The notes under the pieces: model-generated
What the model was told of the DNA's origin: nothing
The model's input: the letters and a program-made list of their open reading frames with translations, nothing else
The model's database searches: none
From: Lama glama
Taxonomy: Eukaryota
DNA: 64,000 nt
Direction: 5' to 3'
Assembly: GCA_028534125.1 (NCBI GenBank)
Contig: CM052816.1
Coordinates: 31,374,001 to 31,438,000 of the forward strand
Part shown: one piece after another, positions 62,961 to 64,000 of the stretch
Layout: each line of letters starts with the position of its first letter
Numbering within the stretch: the stretch's first letter is position 1
Translations under genes and position numbers: made by a program

Positions 62961-63198
62961 CCACCTAAAGACAAATGTGGCAGAACTTGACCTCAGGGGG
63001 CTTACATGGACACACAGTCATGTAATGTGATGTTCAATGCAATAATAAAAGTACTCAGTAGATATAGCGCTGACTGAAGATGGAGGATCATCAGGGGGAA
63101 TTTAATTTAGCTGAGGGGCTGGTGTGTGAGCTGAGTCTAGAAGGATAAATAGGAGTTACTCTTCAAAGTGGTAGAGGGGGAGGAACTTCCTTGGCAGA

Positions 63199-63733
63199 TG
63201 TGTTATGTTTGTGAGACTTTATTCCAGTAGGCCTGAAAAGTAGCCTGAGTTGGCACTGAAATACACTGAGTAATAGTGTTGCTTTGTAGCTGTGGGTCTG
63301 AGGGCTTTAGGGGTAGTTTGTACCAGTTTTTCAGCATCGTTCATTGATAACGGAGATTGATCATTTGTACCTGTTCTCAGTGAGAACCCCGAGAGACTCT
63401 CCCATCGAGACTGGTTACACAGTAGAAATATGCTTATGTGACCAGCGAAATAGGAAAAACCCAGCCAAGACACTATTTTGGGCTTCCTGGTTCCAAGGTA
63501 TTCCTTGCACGCTTGGGTAGTTCCTGATCTGAGAGGGTGTATTTCTGGCCACATCCCTCACAGAGGGAGGACAAAGGAGACCACACCTGACGTCTCCTGA
63601 CTTCCTGCTGTGAGACAGCTTTTGGCTATGATGTTTTATATTGTATTGTCTTCCTATAATAAACTATAGATTTGTAACTTGTTGTTTTGAGTCTTGTGTT
63701 TCTTTAGCAAACAAACCCTGTGTAACTTGTCAC
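63199..63733 (+). mobile_element. LTR element (MER21/MER76-group-like), intronic
   Basis: tgcttatgtgaccagc...tgggcttcctggtt...AATAAA at 63658...ttttgagtcttgtgtttctttagc...tgtcaca. Confidence 0.55.
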
Positions 63734-64000
63734 AGTTAGTTCGGATGTAGGGCAGAGACTTACTCAGAGAATTTCTGGCATTCTGGTATCTTGGGAACAT
63801 AGAGTGAGAACGGATGTAAAAGAGGTGCTGAGGCTACCTTGAGAAGGTTGATAACAGGTCCGGATTTTTCTGGAGGCCACAGGAATTATCAAAAGGTTTT
63901 AAATGAAGGTTCAGTGGGGGATGGGGAAGGATGGGAAGTTGCCTCCTCAGTAGACATGTAGGGAGGGAGGTGCTGCTGTCAGCAGGTGGCTGCTAAATGT

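Larger units (their letters stand above)
61206..64000 (+). other. TMED7: TMED7 intron 1 (continues beyond the window)
   Basis: Starts with GT after ...LEFQ. The expected next exon (VITGGHYDVDC...) was not found before 64000. Contains L2, MIR and LTR remnants. Confidence 0.88.

Noticed and set aside
1..64000. Prokaryotic-type systems (CRISPR arrays, operons) or intact viral gag/pol/env
   Set aside because: No regularly spaced repeat-spacer array and no long ORF; the sequence is ordinary mammalian intergenic DNA with solo LTRs.

Overview
Mammalian genomic DNA, most likely a camelid: it carries six tRNA-derived vic-1-like SINEs and cetartiodactyl-type L1 3' ends, and I saw no Alu, B1/B2, BovB or PRE1. 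About 60 kb is repeat-rich intergenic sequence (L1, L2, MIR, MaLR/ERVL/ERV1 solo LTRs, hAT-Charlie elements, microsatellites). It lies upstream of a CpG-island promoter and coding exon 1 of TMED7 (p24 family; + strand, 61005-61205), and the window ends inside TMED7 intron 1. No other protein-coding gene is supported, and I found no clearly novel multi-gene system. The best leads are: (1) a TSD-flanked 2-kb L1 whose 5' terminus is fused directly to the distal part of ORF2; (2) an expanded CTG/poly-Leu tract in the TMED7 signal peptide; (3) a candidate upstream non-coding exon plus a 3' splice-site-like motif just before the TMED7 ATG; (4) UPRE/XBP1-type, GAS and CTCF motifs upstream of TMED7; (5) copy-specific read-through tails on SINE and L1 copies. 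Repeat family names come from visual recognition and need Dfam/RepeatMasker confirmation. Boundaries given without a TSD are approximate.
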